Shown here piece after piece: positions 35,247 to 46,946 of a stretch of DNA of 64,000 nucleotides. Position 1 is the first letter of the stretch. The number at the start of each line of letters is the position of its first letter. Position numbers and translations under genes: made by a program. A model generated the notes under the pieces. The model did not search any database, had not been told where the DNA came from, and saw only the letters and a list, made by a program, of their open reading frames with translations. The DNA comes from Paraspadella gotoi (taxonomy: Eukaryota; Animalia; Chaetognatha), in contig CM119265.1 in NCBI GenBank assembly GCA_051294375.1, positions 7,941,568 to 8,005,567 on the forward strand, given 5' to 3'.

Positions 35247-38200
35247 TTAGGGAAAACTAATAAATTTAGGATCTGTAGTATTTATTAAAGTGTTTACTTT
35301 ATAAATAATAAACAAAAAAGAAAAATAAAATTATTAAAAAAATCCTCCATGCCATGAGAGTTATGTTTATGATATAAAAAGGGCATCAGGCATTTCACCC
35401 AACCTACAAAACTATTGTTGCCTTTTAAGTCAAATTCTGATATTCTCTTTTTTTCTTCCATTTTATTGAGTTTGAGATAAGAACAGAGACAGAAAGTTTT
35501 AATGTTTAATATTTACTAAATTTATTATTTGTAAATGTTAAAAACTCTCTCTAATTATTTTGAAAATTTATAAAATGAATTATAAAAAACCAAAATCATG
35601 AAACAAAACTTTTAAATGTCGAGAGTGACAAAAACTAAAAATGATATCAACAATATAATTAAGTAAATGAAAATGGTTATTCAAGATTAGAGCCAGCTTG
35701 TTGCGCTCGCAAGGCCTAAAGCGCTTGCTTGTCACGGGGAAGTCTGGCTACACAAATGTTTGGTGGTTATCCATCTAGTTTACGAATAATGTTTGATCAT
35801 TAAATATGCAAACTTCAGTCCCTCTCTCTGGTGGAATGAGCGCGCCCAAAACGAGACGGCTACATGGAGGAGGGAGAGGAGTCACCACTTCTTGTCGCAA
35901 AAGCGCAAAATGCGACAACCACCCACCCCGCCAGCTGCGAGAAGAGGGAAGGCGGCAGGCGTATCAGGGCCAAGGAGTAGCACAGGGAATCTTCCCATCA
36001 AGGAAGCCTACCCAATCCAGCACTAAACATATTCGGTCGAAACTGTTCTTTCTCAACCAATGACACGTCAATGACCTGCCCCTCATCGTCCCAAAGCCTC
36101 TCATTTGCAAAGCCAAGGTGGCCAGCTTAATTTTGAGCTCTTCTTAATTTCTTAACCTTTTCCTTTACTAAGTTACTTTGGCTATCCCTCACCAAATGTA
36201 TCTCATCACTTTTATTTTCTTTTCTTTTCTTCAATTATTTATAATAGTTAATTGTTAATATTAAAAATTTCAGTATACAAAAATCTATTTAACTGTTGTG
36301 ACATTTAAAGAAATGTATTATTTTCTTTCTCCCTGTCTCTTCTCTCTCATTTCCAATTGACCATTCCCTTCTTTTAAAACTAAATTCAATCTGTCCTTAC
36401 CTTGCCTATTCTCACCACCGATCACTGTCCTTTTCTAAACTTCTGTGTTGGAAACTTTGCTCTCTCTCTCTCTCTCACTTGTTATTCGATCATAATCGTT
36501 TCTCTGGAAAAGATCGGCTGTAGTGGATGGAACCGTAGTTTTTACTGTAGAAAATGTTTATTATTTTCTATGCCACGAGGGTCGCGCGTTCGATCTTCGG
36601 CTTTAGGTTAAACTTTGCTTTAACATGGAGCAAGGTTTTCTAAATCTCGGAATGACGTAAATGTCGAATAAATGACGGAATAAATCGTGAATAAAGTTTT
36701 ATTTATTGTAGAGGTAAATAAATGGAAGAATTTAGAAGTAAGTACAATAAGTTAATAGGAAAATCCTTGGATTCCATTAAAACTACGGTTTCATACAACG
36801 ATCCTTTTCCAGAGAAACGATTATGATCGTTATAACAAGTGACGAGGTTTTCGGCTAAAAGAAAGTACAGAAAGCGACTAAATGGTGAAAAGACTGGTCT
36901 GAAAAGGTCAACATAACAATGACCAGGGAAAAATGACCGGACGCGAGGTCACAAAATCTTTCACTCTCTTCCCCTTCTTTAAATGAAAACATTTGCTGAA
37001 TAATTCACCAAAAATTTTGACGCTGAAGAAGGCTCCGAATTTGAGCCGAAATACATGTACGTCTATATTAAATAAATTGTTGCAAAAGTTATTCACCACT
37101 ATTCCTTTAATCTATTTATTTATTGTAAGAACATTAAACATCCTTGTTATACAGACTAAAATGACGCCAATAAAATGTTAAACAAAATTGATAAAGGTTA
37201 TGAAAAAATAGTGATAAATTAATTTGCTGAACAAATTGTAATTATCTATTAATATTATTATTATTATGAGTTATTATTAATTGTTACTAATATTAACAGA
37301 TAGTTCTTATGTAAAACGATTTTACCAATCTTTCATGAGAATTTTTTTTCATTTGATAAAAAAAAAATTAGATCGGCCAGAGCAATCTACGGAAGGAGGG
37401 AGAGTGGTAATGGGTGAGCCTATGGTAAGTCAGCTGGTAAAGCTTATTATAAGCTGTTATTTAAAGTTTAAGTAGCCTACTAAAAGCTTTTGAAGCGTTA
37501 TGCGGCTGGTACTTATTTTCCATTTGCTAATTTTTAACATTTTTTTATGAAAATACTTATCTTTAGAATCACTCAATATTTAATAATAAACATATTTTTG
37601 TATTTTTATGATAAAATGGGTTTAAATTCTTTGTTTTAACTATTATTTTACTTTAAAAAGTGAACTTAACCAGCTTTCTCTGATATAAAATTTGCTATTT
37701 TTTACAATTGTTTTGCATCAAATTGCTTTTATAAAATCGATAGAACGGGAAAATTTACAGCCGAACGAAATTTTTCAATTTTTTGTCTTGGCATAGTAAT
37801 ATATATGCAAATACAAAAAATTAAGGCGAACAAAGTCATATATCATATTTTGTATTTATGCTCCGCGTAAGTGCCCAACCATTTCCCGCCTTCATGGCAA
37901 AGATTTTCGAACTTTTTTAAAATCTTTTTAAAATTTTCTCTCATTCGCAAATTTCTCTCTGCAAAGTCCTATTATTTTTCTATTAAACACTCTTTACTCA
38001 TTCTCCAATCAGCTTTTTTCCTTCTCCAATCACTACTCCCTCATTCACAATCACTCTTCTTTCCTCTTTCAATACATGCTCTTTTCTCTTCGCATTTCCT
38101 TTTTAGTTCAAGAACGAACAGATTTATCGCAAAAGGTTTTTTGTTCGAACCAGGCAACTTCCCAAGCCTCACCCACATCGCCGAACCTTACCGTCACTCC

Positions 38201-38499
38201 CTTACCCAAAGTCTGTCCTCGGAACGGCAGAACGACCTTACTCATGTCCACCGCCAGACGTCTTCTCTTCCTCACCGATATTTTGTCGACAAGGGAATTG
38301 GACCCCGCTCACCTCACTTCACTTACCCCCCGGCCTCTAAAACTCGCTCCGCGTCTGTCCGCCTGACCCCAAACCTGTACCCCTCCTAACCCAACAGCCG
38401 GGACAGAGACGACACCGCCGTCACGACGACGACGACTTTTTCATCGCTATAACCGTCTCTAACAATCCTTCGCATCACCGTCGCGGACGTTCACGGAGG

Positions 38500-38558
<59 letters not shown>

Positions 38559-39531
38559 TCTCTTCTCTCTTCCTCTTTCCACCTCCCCTTCCATATGCAA
38601 TTGGAAGCCAAAGACCTTGCCTCCTTCCCCCCCCCACAGTAAATTCTGACTTCATCGAGCCTGTCGCCGACCATCTGAAAGAAAGAAAAAGAAAAAAGAA
38701 AAAAAAAGAGATGAGTTTTGCTTTCTTTTTCTTCCTCCCTTTTGCCTCCCTCTTTCCTTTTTTTTTTCTTTTCATCGATTTCTTTTGGTTAATTGCTTAT
38801 CTACAGTTGTCCGCTGCATTGTCTGTTTCCGACGGGAAAAAAGAAAAAAAAAAAAGAAGATTGTCTCATTATTTTCCAACGAAATATTCTCTTTTCCTTC
38901 TCTCTTTCCTTCCTCTCTTTCCTTCCTCTCTTTTCTTTTTGACGGTTCGCGTTTCTTTTCTTCTCGCTACCGTTTCTAGACTCGTCCGTTTCCATCGCTT
39001 CCAGCATCACTCCAGTCCATCGCCCATTTTTCTTTCCTTTCCTCCCTTCCTTTTCCTTTCTACTTTCCTCTTCTTTCCACCCCCGCCTTGTTGTTAGGCA
39101 GCAGAGGAAACGCCTCTTTCGGTGCCTCACCTCGCTCGACACTTACCCTTTTGACGGACGGTCTCACTCCTTCTTTTCCTTCTGCGAAACGAATATCGAC
39201 TTAAAGCGAGTTACCGGGCGAAAGGTTTACCGGCCGGCCGTTACTGGAGGGCGTTTTACGGTGTCCGCGTCAGTCGTTATAGTCGACATTATATATATTA
39301 GTCCTAACCGGCCAGAACTTAACGGTGTTACTTACCTTACTTATTCCAGTCACTTCCTCGGCGTTATTTATCGTCGATTTCCAGACAAGCCGACGCAAAG
39401 TCAAACGTTCAAAAAGTTCAAGGACAGTCAAAAAACATCAAGAAATTATTGAGCAATCGGACCAAGTTCCGAAAGTTCTGCTCAGTATGTTAGGAAAGAA
39501 AGTAATGAAATTTTCCAGGCAATTCCAGGAA

Positions 39532-39540
<9 letters not shown>
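35247..39540 (+). repeat. ~4.3-kb direct tandem re-copy of 30901-35220 (probable gap-overfill artefact)
   Basis: Collinear throughout; differences are mostly 1-bp indels; the copies are separated only by the 25-N gap at 35221-35245; lacks the left TIR. Confidence 0.92.
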
Positions 39541-39591
<51 letters not shown>

Positions 39592-40274
39592 GGAGAGAGA
39601 GAGAGAGAAAGACGAGTTCCTTTTTTTTCTTTCTCGGGCCAAAAGTCCTTTTAAAATTTCCGCTTTATTGCCATCGAAGAAGGAGAGAGAGAAAGAACGA
39701 GATTTGGGAAGCTTTGGAGGTTGTAAGAGAGAAAAGAAGTGTGGTGTTATATAATAATATGTAATGTAATGTACTATATTGTAGTATACTATATAAATAT
39801 TAGTAGATAAATTTTTAATAGCTAAATAGAATAGTAATTGTTAGGAGAACTCGAAAAAGGATTGAAATTTAAGTTACTACGAAAGAAAGAAAGAGGTTAC
39901 AAGACTAAATTGCTTGAAGAAAAAAGAAAAGGAAGTAAGGAGAAAATAAAAGAAGAAAAGGAAGAAAGAAAAGGAAAAAAAAGAGGAAAGAAAAGAAAAG
40001 AAGGAAGGAAAGAAGAAAAGAAGGAAGGGAGGAAAGAAAAGAAAAGAAGAAAGGGTCGCAGGAACGTGATTCGATTATNNNNNNNNNNNNNNNNNNNNNN
40101 NNNTTTCAAAAGAGGGGGCGAGAAAGGGTTCAAGCGAGAGAGAGAGAGAAGAAAGAGAGAAAGAAAGAGAGAGAGAGAGGAGAGAAGCAGAAGAGAAGAG
40201 AGAAGAGAGAGAGAGGAATAGGAGAGAGAATGACGGAGAGAGAGAGAGAGAGCGAAAACCAATTTAGAGAGTCG

Positions 40275-41625
40275 TTTTTTTTTTTTTGTAGGCGGAACGT
40301 TTCCTTTTGTTGTTAAACGTGCGACGCAACGGGAGGCGCAAAGATTCTGTGAAGAGAGGAAAGAGATAAACCATATATTTTATAGTTATATAAAAATTAG
40401 AATTAAACTTAACTCTTAATGACATCATCGACTATTCTTATTTGATTATTTCATTTCCTTTTTTTTCTTTTACTTTTCTTATCAAATTTAGTTAAATACT
40501 TATTAATTTATATATTTATTCTACCTATTTTAATTATTTCCTAATTTTACTTATTTATTTAAGTATTTATTTATTTTTTACCTTTTTATTTACTTGGTTT
40601 AAATTCGCCCTTCGATCTATTTTTTTTCGATAATCTCCGAAAAATGTATCGATGAAATCCAATCAAAACCGGCGAGCAACGGTAGCAGCGCAGCAACCGG
40701 TAGCAGCGGCAGCAGCTTAGCAACGACAGCAAGCTTGCAGTGACGGGAAGCTGAAAGATGCACCGACTTCTGCAGCGCCGCACCGCCGACAGCGCCGACG
40801 CACGAGTCTTTCTTAGGGTTCACCTCGTTGCCGCCAAAGAAGAGATATGGCTGATGCTTTGATGATTAAATTTATGGCGCCTCAATTCGAAGCCTCGTGG
40901 AGACAGCGAGGGTGACATCTCGCGGATGGAGGCGCAATCATCAAAAACGGAAAGAAAAAAGGACAACAAGTTTTTTTTTGAAGGCGGAACGTTTCCTTTT
41001 TGTTGTTAAACGTGGACGGCAACGGAGGCGAAAGAGTGTGAAGAGAGAAAGAGATAACCATATATTTATAGTTATATAAAAAATTAGGAATTAACTTAAC
41101 TCTTATGACATTATCGACTATTCTTATTTGATTATTCATTTCTTTTTTTTCTTTTACTTTCTTATCAAATTTAGTAAATGACTTATTAATTTATATATTT
41201 ATTTACCTATTTAATTATTTTCTAATTTACTTATTTATTTAAGTATTTATTTATTTTTTTACCTTTTTATTTACTTGTTTACAATTCGCCCTGGATCTAT
41301 TTTTTTTCGATAATCTCCGAATAATGTATTCGATGAAATCCAATCAAAACCGGCAGCAACGGTAGCAGCGGCAGCAGCGTTAGCAACGACAGCAGCTGCA
41401 GTGACGGAAGCTGAAAGATGCACCGACGTCTGCAGCGCCGGCACCGCCGACAGCGCCGACGCACGAGTCTTCTAGGGTTCACCTGGTGCCGCCAAAGGAA
41501 GAAGAATGGCTGATGCTTTGATGTTAAATTTATGGCGCCTCAATCGAAGCCTCGTGAGACAGCGAGGGTGACATCTCGCGGATGGAGGCGCAATCATTCA
41601 AAAACGGAAAGAAAAAAAAGACAAA
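40275..41625 (+). repeat. ~0.7-kb direct tandem duplication (40275-40968 / 40971-41625)
   Basis: Both units start T-run + GGCGGAACGTTTCC and end CAAAAACGGAAAGAAAAAA; indel-type differences; the 25-N gap at 40079-40103 is nearby. Confidence 0.9.
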
Positions 41626-41871
41626 AGGACAAACTAGGGATAAAGAAGCTGGAGAAAATAGAGGGAAAGATAGAATAAGATTTAGATTTCGAGAAGATGG
41701 AGAGAGAGCTGGATAAAACGAAAAAAAAAAACGAAAGTTATTTTTAAGTTTGTTCTATTTTTTTTTCTTTTACTTTTATTTTCCTTTTTTTTCTCCAAAC
41801 TTTTCTTTCTTTGACCCCTTGTTTCCCAACATTGCCTTCCCCCGTTTCCCTCTCTCTCTCTCTATCTCTCT

Positions 41872-41872
<1 letters not shown>

Positions 41873-41968
<96 letters not shown>
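41873..41968 (+). repeat. (CT)n microsatellite
   Basis: Pure CT run. Confidence 0.95.
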
Positions 41969-41970
<2 letters not shown>

Positions 41971-42730
41971 GGATGTTTTAAAGCGGTTTTTTTTTGTTGT
42001 TCCTGAAAGCCAAGGGTCTAACTGCGGAGGAGAGTTGGAGGAAGGAACCGGTGGTTTGGGAATGGGTAAGGAATGAGTTTGACCAGACGCCTTTGAACGA
42101 TTGGGTGAGTCTCCGTTGTTAGGGTGAGGGTAAGTCCGCAGTTTTATCGGTCCTGTATTGCTTGTCTGAATCCGAATCCGCTTTTAAAAATTGTAAATTC
42201 TTAAAAAATAATTTTTAGTTGCGAAAATAAAGTCACTGCGTCGCAACACAATTCATGAACCGATCTTGTTATGATTTATATTAATACGATAAACTTTAAA
42301 TGCTTCTATGTTATCACCTCCACATAAAATTTTAAAATTTTGTTAAATTCCATAATCTCTGGGGGATAGTCTAACCTTATTTATATTACATAACTCTTAC
42401 TTTTTACTTTGGTTCGCCTTAAAACTATGTTTGCCACAAAATGTCGAAGCTTTTGATATAGGCTCCCATATATCGAATAAATTTATAAAATTATTTTTGT
42501 TGTCGTTTTACTTAATTTCNNNNNNNNNNNNNNNNNNNNNNNNNNNNNNNNNNNNTACTTAACTTTCCCTATTACTTTCAGTTGTCAGTGATATCCTTTT
42601 CTCAAATTTTTTTCTTTTTGTTTTCTCGTGATCTTAACACTGTCTTCGTTTTTTCTCATTATCTATTCGTCTCGATCTCATGTTCCACAACCTCGGTCTC
42701 ACTCTCTCTCTCTCCTCCTCTCTCTTCTCT

Positions 42731-42776
<46 letters not shown>

Positions 42777-43710
42777 CTTCTCTCTCTCTCTCTCTGAATC
42801 CTCCTTCCTCCTCTTTTCTCTGTTGTCTCTCTCTGACTCCCTTCCTCCTCTTTTCTCTTTCAACTTCAGAAGCGAGACGAATCCAAAAATAGATTTTGAA
42901 AGAGAATCGTTTTTCAATTCGATCTTCGCATCGTCATCTCTCGTCTTCCTTTTTCTTTTCTTTTCCTTCTCCTTTTTTTTTCCTTTTTCTTTTCTTTTCC
43001 TTTTTCCTTTACATTTTCTTCTCAGAATCCTCATTCCTTTTTTATCTCTCTTCATCCTCTCCTTTTCGTTTCATATTGTTTGCTCTTTTCTTCTTTATAT
43101 CTTCTTCCATTTAGTTTTTGTTCTTTTTTATATTTCCTTTATCATCTCTTTTCTCGATTCTTAATTCTAAACATTTTGTTTTCTTTCTTTGCTTCTCACA
43201 CCCTCTCTTTCCTCTTTTCTCTCTCTTTACTATTCTTCCTTCCCACCATCTTTTTCTTTTTTCCCCCTTTTTGTTTTCTTCTTCCTTATTTTTCCAATCT
43301 CTGTTTTATTGCTCTTTTTTTTGTTTCCTTTTCTTTTCTCAATTTTCATTTCGTTCTTCACGCTTTTCTCCTTCCAAGGTTTTTCTCTTTTATTATTTCT
43401 CTCTCTTTTTCTTACACGCACTTCTTAACTCACTTTTTTTTATGTTTTTGTAATTTTCACTTTCCTTTTCACATTTTTTTTCGCTCTACCAGTAATCATT
43501 TAAAATTTTTCTTTTTATATTTTTACTGGTGAATTCAGGTTTAAAATGTGGTAAAGACTCCAGGCATATATTCTGGCAATTAAATTTCTTGTTCAAAATT
43601 TTGAAGATTTCCTGTTCATTATCATTGAGTCAATATATCAGTTTCAGAGCTTCTCTATTCTCTATGTTTTCGTTTACATTTTTCTCCAGCTTTACTCCTT
43701 CCTCATCCTT

Positions 43711-44087
43711 TTACTTTCTTTCCTTCTTTCTTTTTTTATGTCCAAGCGACAGTGAATGAAAGTCGCTGTCGACGTTAGCGCAGCTGCTGCTCCTGTCGCT
43801 TCCGGGGCTTAAGCCGCTGTCGAATCCGCTGATGTCAATGCGGTTGCAATCGCTGCAGCGTTTTTTCCTTAAGGTTTCGACCCTTTTTTTATACATCAAA
43901 TCTTCTCCTTCTGTCCCCTTAAGGCTTCCGAAGGCAAAGACCCTCAGGGGCAAATCGAAATATTGCTCCGGCGGCGTCGGCGGCGTCGGCGGCGTCGGCC
44001 GCGACGGCGGCGTCGGCGGCGTCGGCGGCTGCGTTTGCCGACTTTGCCAGTTTTGCTGAAGCGACTGATGTTGAAGCCATTATCGAG
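43711..44087 (-). CDS. Candidate exon, Gln/Pro-rich then Ser-rich and basic (WLQHQSLQQNWQSRQTQPPTPPTPPSRPTPPTPPTPPEQYFDLPLRVFAFGSLKGTEGEDLMYKKRVETLRKKRCSDCNRIDISGFDSGLSPGSDRSSSCANVDSDFHSLSLGHKKRKKERK); product unknown
   Basis: Strong acceptor TTTTCCACAG ending at 44088; 122 stop-free codons from 44079 to 43714; GC-rich against flanks. An in-frame TAA (44080-44082) lies just after the acceptor, and an alternative ATG at 44080 opens a 53-aa Ala-rich frame. Confidence 0.5.
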
Positions 44088-45286
44088 CTGTGGAAAATGT
44101 AAGAGATAGGAAATAGTAATTATATTTGCGGGATAAAGTTGGGAAAATGAAAATGAAATGTCTCGTTAACTTGATGTTTCTTTAGGAAAGCTTACATATT
44201 TAGATCAAGTTCTCACAGACAATCTTGGTTGCTCACTTGTATTTTAATTAATTTTTCTTTCTCTTAATTTGTTTACTAATTTTTTTAACTTAATTTTTTT
44301 TTCCCGCGCTTCATCTCGGCTGCCCTTTTGTCTTTGACGTCAACAAAAACCCGGCCTTCTCTTTTTCTTCCTCATCCCCTCCTTCCCCCACGACTCCTCC
44401 TCTTCCTCTTCCTCCTCCTCCTCCTCCTCCTAGTCGTCGCCATGGTGATCCCCCGAATCGTTTTCCCTCTCATTTTCATTTTCGCGAGACTTAAAAAGAA
44501 ATTTTTTCTCCTTCCGCCTTTTTTAATGGGGGAGAAACAGAAATAAGAAGCAGAGGCGAGAGAGAGAGAGAGAGAGAGAGAAAGAAAGAAAGGGAGAGAG
44601 ATAATAGAGAGAAAATGTTTGTTTCGTTCTTTAAAAAAGTTAGTGAAGAGACTGCGACTCTTAAAATGAATTTTTTTGTGAAAATCATTAAACCGGTGGG
44701 CTTCTCCGCTGACGCCAAACCGACTACGACGCAACGACGCTATCTAGCGAAACGCAAAAGAAAAAAATAACGACGCAGAAGTGATTCGCGACGCCGAGTC
44801 GTGACGCATTTGTCAAAGAAAATTATTTTTTGTCGGATGAGGAAGAAAAACTTGTTTTTTCGTTAGAGTTAGGGCGCCACTCGTTTTTTAGCCTCGGGCG
44901 CCGAGGAGACAGAAGAGCGACTTCAGTGTTTGGTCGGTCGGTCGACTCCAATTAAATGTTTTGAGTTTATATCATTACTCATTGGGTCACCGTATCATAA
45001 AAAATTGAGAAACTGTGAATAGCAAAAAAAAAAGCCAACTCGGATTTTCAAACTCTTATATGATCTTTAGAATGAGTTACCTTCTTATTTGTACTGTTAA
45101 TTAAGGTTTTTCTGTTTTGGTTAATGATAAAACAATAAGAAAAACATCTAAAAACATTCGATCCCTTGTTTCACCTTCTCCCTTTCCAAGCCCTGCTGTC
45201 CAATCGACTCTTTGACTTCGCCGTGGTCTTACCTCTTAAAGCCCATTCAAAAACCTATCTGGTTCTGTTCTGTCTGTCTCTACTCT

Positions 45287-45323
<37 letters not shown>

Positions 45324-46822
45324 CTCTCTTGTCCTCTCCTCTCTCGTCTCTCTCTCTTTCTCTCTCTTCCCATTGCTCCACTCCATTCTCCAATCTCCAT
45401 CTCCCTCTCGCTCTCCATTCTTTCTTTCTTTACTACGTTGTTTATCTTTGTTTATTTTCTGTTTCCCCTCTGAAAACCGTTTTCTATTCAATTGTGCGCA
45501 GGAAAGGTAGAGCGAAAAAAAATGCGTTTATTTTTCGCCGAAAAAAATATCTTCGGGGCAGCGGGTCAATGCTAGCTTGGTTTGAGAGTGAATGCTTGCT
45601 TCCTGCAATGGGTGGGAGTTTTGTTCCCATTCTGACTAGCTTGTTTCACGGTTGTTTCAGAGTTTTCTTGTCGTAAGGTATTACATATTTCTTGTCGTAG
45701 TTAATGTTTGTTCGACTGACGAATTGTATCTATTACTTGTACAAAGTCAATGCTTTATTTACAGTAAGAAGAGATAAAAAGAATAAAAAGTATCTTTAAT
45801 CAATAAGAAAAAAAACGAAGTCCAAAGAGCAATAAAATACAACAAAGAAAAATACTTGGAAGAAAATAGACAATCCAATCTTCCTTTCCCATCTGAAAGG
45901 GAAAAAAAGAAGGAAAAAAGAGACGCGAAGGTCAGACGAGTGCAGATTTATCGGCAGGAGCGCTGTGATCGATCGTTGCGGTAAACAAAGGAGCAGTCTC
46001 CCGTAGTCGCGGGTTGTCGTCGTTGTGATCGATGTTGTCGTTGTCTCGTCGCTGTCGTTGCCGGACACGCCCATCGTTGCGCTCGTTATCTCGCCTTTTT
46101 TTTTTCTTCTTTCAAATCCACTTGAGCTTTTTTCTTTATAAGTTTTCCCTTTACGCTTTTCCTTTAAAACCCTTTCGAGTTATTCTATCTTTCCCTTTTC
46201 CTTTTCACTTTCTTCCCTTCACTTTTCCTTTTTTTTTTCTCCCTTCGATTTTTCAATTTTCTCACCCTGGCCCTTAACCTCCCACTACTCAACCCATACT
46301 CACATAGGGTCAGTCTCCCGCCGTTTTCAAAAAGAAGTCGATTCGAGGTTAAAAGTCATTTCGACGCCTTTACTTTTAGGAGATATACAAAAATTCTCTT
46401 CGTGACTCTGATCTTTGTAACGCTCGCCCGTTGTCTGTGACCCTGTCACGCTCACCTCTGACACGTAGAAAAAAATATGGCTTTGTTATTGTCTCTTTAA
46501 GTTTAACGTGCTTGTTATTTGCATCTTTATTAGTTATCGTTATTCGTCATTTAATTTAACCATTTCAGGCGAAACGCGGAACTTTCGATCATGTTTATAT
46601 TACTTTAGTCCTCCACAGCTTGTTAATACAAATAAGTTTGTTATATTTCGTTTTCTCTTGTCCCTTGTCGCTTTTTATACGTAGTAAAAAACAGAAAAAA
46701 ATAAACAAAACAAACAAAAAAACATAAAACGATCGATCGTAAACCTAAGACGATTTCGAATCGACGGGGAAACTAGATTCACCTTTCATCTCCGCGACTT
46801 CGTTTTTCTTCTTCCTTCGCAG

Positions 46823-46946
46823 CGAGATATGGCGGACTTACCCTGCGTGAAGCGAGCGAACTCACTCTGCGCTCCGCCTTTTCCAACGATCTTTCCCGCG
46901 ACTTTTATCCTCTTTTTTCCCGCGGCGAAATCCCGTTTGATCCAAG
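46823..46946 (+). CDS. Candidate internal exon (RYGGLTLREASELTLRSAFSNDLSRDFYPLFSRGEIPFDPR)
   Basis: Acceptor TTCTTCCTTCGCAG at 46822 and weak donor AAG|GTTGT. Alternatively a minus-strand first exon with donor G|GTAAGT at 46841 and E2F-like TTTCCCGCG sites. Confidence 0.25.

Noticed and set aside
30901-39540. Real tandem segmental duplication or LTR pair
   Set aside because: Divergence is mostly indels, the separator is a 25-N gap, and there are no TG...CA ends, PBS or internal gag-pol.
40650-41520. RQQR*QRQQR*Q frame as TAG=Gln evidence
   Set aside because: Degenerate (GCA)n repeat; all frames look protein-like and the two copies disagree.
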